A stretch of 64,000 nt of DNA from Neodothiora populina (Eukaryota): assembly GCF_041146345.1 (NCBI RefSeq), contig NW_027191419.1:1-64000 (forward strand), read 5' to 3'. The notes under the pieces are model-generated. The model saw only the letters and a program-made list of their open reading frames with translations. It did not search any database and was not told where the DNA came from. The translations under genes and the position numbers were made by a program. Every line of letters starts with the position of its first letter. Within the stretch, counting starts at the first letter, position 1. Shown in pieces: positions 61,035-64,000 of this stretch.

Positions 61035-61879
61035 ATGGCAAGGAACAAAACGAGAAACTCGGCCCCAGCGACGGCAGCTGGGCGAAGCAAGAGATTCAGT
61101 GTATTTGCCGTCATCTTCGCCCTGCTCTCAGCAGCCGTGTACATGCTCGACTCGCGCCTAGAGTCGTTCTACATTTTCGAGCCGACGCAGCTTCATGAGC
61201 TTTCCCAGAGAGCAATCGCGGCGCATGGAAACGACACTGGGGCTGTGGTTCGCGAAATAGTCCATGAACTGAGTGCTGCGGGCTCTGCCGTGAGCCCGCA
61301 TGTCAATCTTGATGAGGAATGGATATTCAATAATGCTGGTGGTGCGATGGGCGGGATGTATATTATTCATGCCAGTAGGTTTAAATAGCCAAATGGTGAT
61401 GATAAAATCACTTGTCTTCAAGTTTGGTCCCGCTGAATATGACTTTACTTAGGTGTTACTGAGTATCTGATCATCTTTGGTAAGGACATGTGAAAATAGG
61501 TAAAGTCGTTTATAGATAACAAGTCTGACCACCGCGAAAAGGTACCGCGATCGGCACAGAAGGCCATACGGGTCGTCACACGGCAGACGACTATTTCCAT
61601 ATTTTGAAGGGAACCCAGCTGGCGTATACTCCCGGATCATACGAGCCAGAAATCTACCCACAAGGAAGCGTCCATCATCTGCGTCGTGGAGACGTCAAAC
61701 AGTACAAGATGGACGAAGCATGTTTCGCGCTGGAATATGCCCGTGGCTGGATCCCCGGTATGCTGGCGTTTGGTTTCGCGGACACACTGACGAGCACGCT
61801 TGATTTCCCGACTCTCTGGAGGACTGTCTGGGTGACTGGACGAGAAATGATTGGAAATTTACTTTTGGGCAAATTCTAA
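61035..61879 (+). CDS. ERG2: C-8 sterol isomerase
   Basis: [45 protein letters not shown] and LEYARGWIP; introns 61375-61452 and 61480-61541. Confidence 0.96.
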
Positions 61880-62354
61880 TCTTGCTACGGATCTTTCGAG
61901 TAGCGTCACACTTGCAAGCACGAAGGAGCATAGAAGCAACATGTCTCGCTTAAATTGTATTCTCTGGCGACATAGTACAGGGTCATCGCTGCTCCAACCT
62001 CTAGCACGCGATGTCCAAGTTTGTATGGGTATCAGACTAAACTTGATTCGTAATGCTGGAAAGTCACCCGCCGAGTCGCCGTCGATGAGGAACGAAGGCA
62101 TCGAAGGCATCGACTTGGAGCTACGCCGAACCGTAGTCGAGACAAATGCCTACAGGAATCAACGACTATCTAAAATCTCTGTAGCTTGCTCAATGTATCA
62201 TCAAGCTCGCCCAACATATCGAATTATGCGGAAAGTTCATTCTTCGCGAGAGTTGTGTAGTATTGCCCCGGAGCTGGTTTATCATGCGTTCTTCTTTCGG
62301 TAAAATCAGAAACAGTCGTAACACCTCGTGTATCTCGTTATTCGGGCTGGACGC

Positions 62355-64000
62355 TTATTCCCCCTCCAATTCCTCCACGATACCCCTCAGTTTTTGAATG
62401 GAAGCGGGTTTGGTCAAGAAAACATCCACACCAGCGTTGAAGGCTCTCTGTCGCGCCTCGGCACTGGCCACTCCTGTCAGAGCAACGATCATGCATCTGC
62501 GCCATCTGTTCTTCTCCTCGAGCACGCGTATGGTTTCGGTCGCGGTGAAGCCATCCATGATTGGCATGCTCATGTCCATTAGGATGAGGACGAACGCAGA
62601 AGGTGAAGAGGCGTATTGTTGAACGGCTTCGAGGCCGTTCTCCGCGGTTTGGAAGGCACGTCCTAGTTTTTTCATGGTTGCGATCAATAGCTAGATAGAT
62701 TGTCAGCGAGGCTCAAGAAACCTCAATTTGTGAGGGCGATGATATACCTTCATATTCACTGTGTTATCTTCGACGAGCAGAATCCGACCTGCTGATGGGT
62801 TCGGCGATCTTGGCTCTGAAGTCTCTCTGATAGGTGAAACATGCTCAGGACTGGAGACGCGCTCCTCTGAGCCTTCTCTGTCTGGACTGGATTCGGCAGT
62901 TGTGGACATGGATGAATCGGGTGTGGACGTTTGCGATCTGTCCTTGATCTGCTTTTGAGCATCGCCGCGATGACCACGAGGGCTGCGCGGCTGTCTAGTG
63001 TCATCTCTCTTCCTCTTCCTCAGCACAGCGTTCATGGCGCGCGCGAGCTTACGCGGACCATATGGCTGGTTGACGAACAAAACATTGTCGAAGACTCGAA
63101 GACTTTCCGTGCGCTGCTGAAGGTCGGCTGCAGGGGTTAAGACAAGGATGGGAGGACCATAAGAACGCTTTTCGACCGGCCCATCGCCCCTCATACGCTT
63201 TGCCTGGCACCATTGCTCAAATTCGGACTCTAACATGACACAGACGTTCGCGGACGAAGTCTCGACGGATCCATCCAGGGTCTCGATGGAGCAGTCCATC
63301 CAGTCTTGACAGGTTTTGGAAACAACAGATCGCATGCGCTGGTCTCGCCGCCCTTGCTCCGACTTTCCAGCATTGCCCAGAAATGCGATCCTGGCTCTCC
63401 TCGGACCTTCGATGTCGACATTGAAATCGTCTTCGTTGTTAGTTGCATCATACTCACGCAGTTGGGCGTCGAGCGACACCTTTACTTTCGTACCCCGGCC
63501 AACTTCAGAGTCCACATGGATTTGACCACCAACATCTTGCACGACTTGTCTAACGATACTCAGACCAAGACCGGTCCCGACGGCATGAGTGTTCTCTTGC
63601 ATGAACGGAGTCCATAGGTGGTGCTTCTGGAAGTCCTCGGAGATTCCTTGACCGGTATCTTCGATGGTGAGGGAGATTTTGGTCGTTCCATCCCTCCTAC
63701 TCTTACCCTCTGCAGCTTTTAGTGAGACGGTGATGGTTCCAGATTTTGTGTATTTAAAGGCGTTCCCGAGAAGGTTAGTGATGATACGTGTCCAGCTACC
63801 AGGTGAAGTTTTCAGGTGCCAACTGGGAGCGCTTGCTATGTCCAAAACAACCGTGATCGGGATATCTGGCTCATCGAGATCTATAGATCGTGGCAGAGAC
63901 AGGTTAGACAAACCTGAAGCAGTGCTACTTCTCCGCGTAGATTGCAGTGACTTCTTAGTGACAGATGCGCGGAATTGATTTGCGGTGACAAGAGTATTGA
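62355..64000 (-). CDS. Hybrid sensor histidine kinase, 3' part (HATPase_c and receiver); 5' part lies outside the window
   Basis: NLLGNAFKYT, IEDTGQGIS, GTGLGLSIV, LLVEDN..N, LMDMSMPIMDG and FLTKP; intron 62691-62747. Confidence 0.95.

Overview
This window is the left end of a chromosome from a filamentous ascomycete. Evidence: CCCTAA telomere, GT-AG introns with CTRAC branch sites, RIP-type mutations and dispersed 5S rRNA genes. The telomere (1-103) directly caps two head-to-tail, RIP-damaged 3' fragments of Tad/CgT1-like LINEs (104-2160). A subtelomeric accessory zone follows. Apparently intact genes: DHA2 MFS pump, S53 peptidase fused to two PAN/apple-like repeats, intronless FAD monooxygenase, GH89, small Cys-rich secreted protein, flavin reductase, alpha-glucoside permease, PhiA/IgE-binding-like protein, carboxylesterase, siderophore transporter and GH63-like hydrolase. 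Decayed genes: APH-like kinase, ABCC transporter, GH3 and others. The zone also holds two sequence-distinct 5S rRNA genes. ERG2 and the 3' end of a hybrid histidine kinase close the window. The most unexpected non-coding signal is a family of degenerate TCANTGA arrays with 11-bp phasing at about 18.6, 33.65 and 51.8 kb. Also notable are a covarying LINE 3' stem-loop and a duplicated CreA + CGG-N16-CCG promoter module. All calls come from reading the sequence and recognising motifs; no database searches were run.
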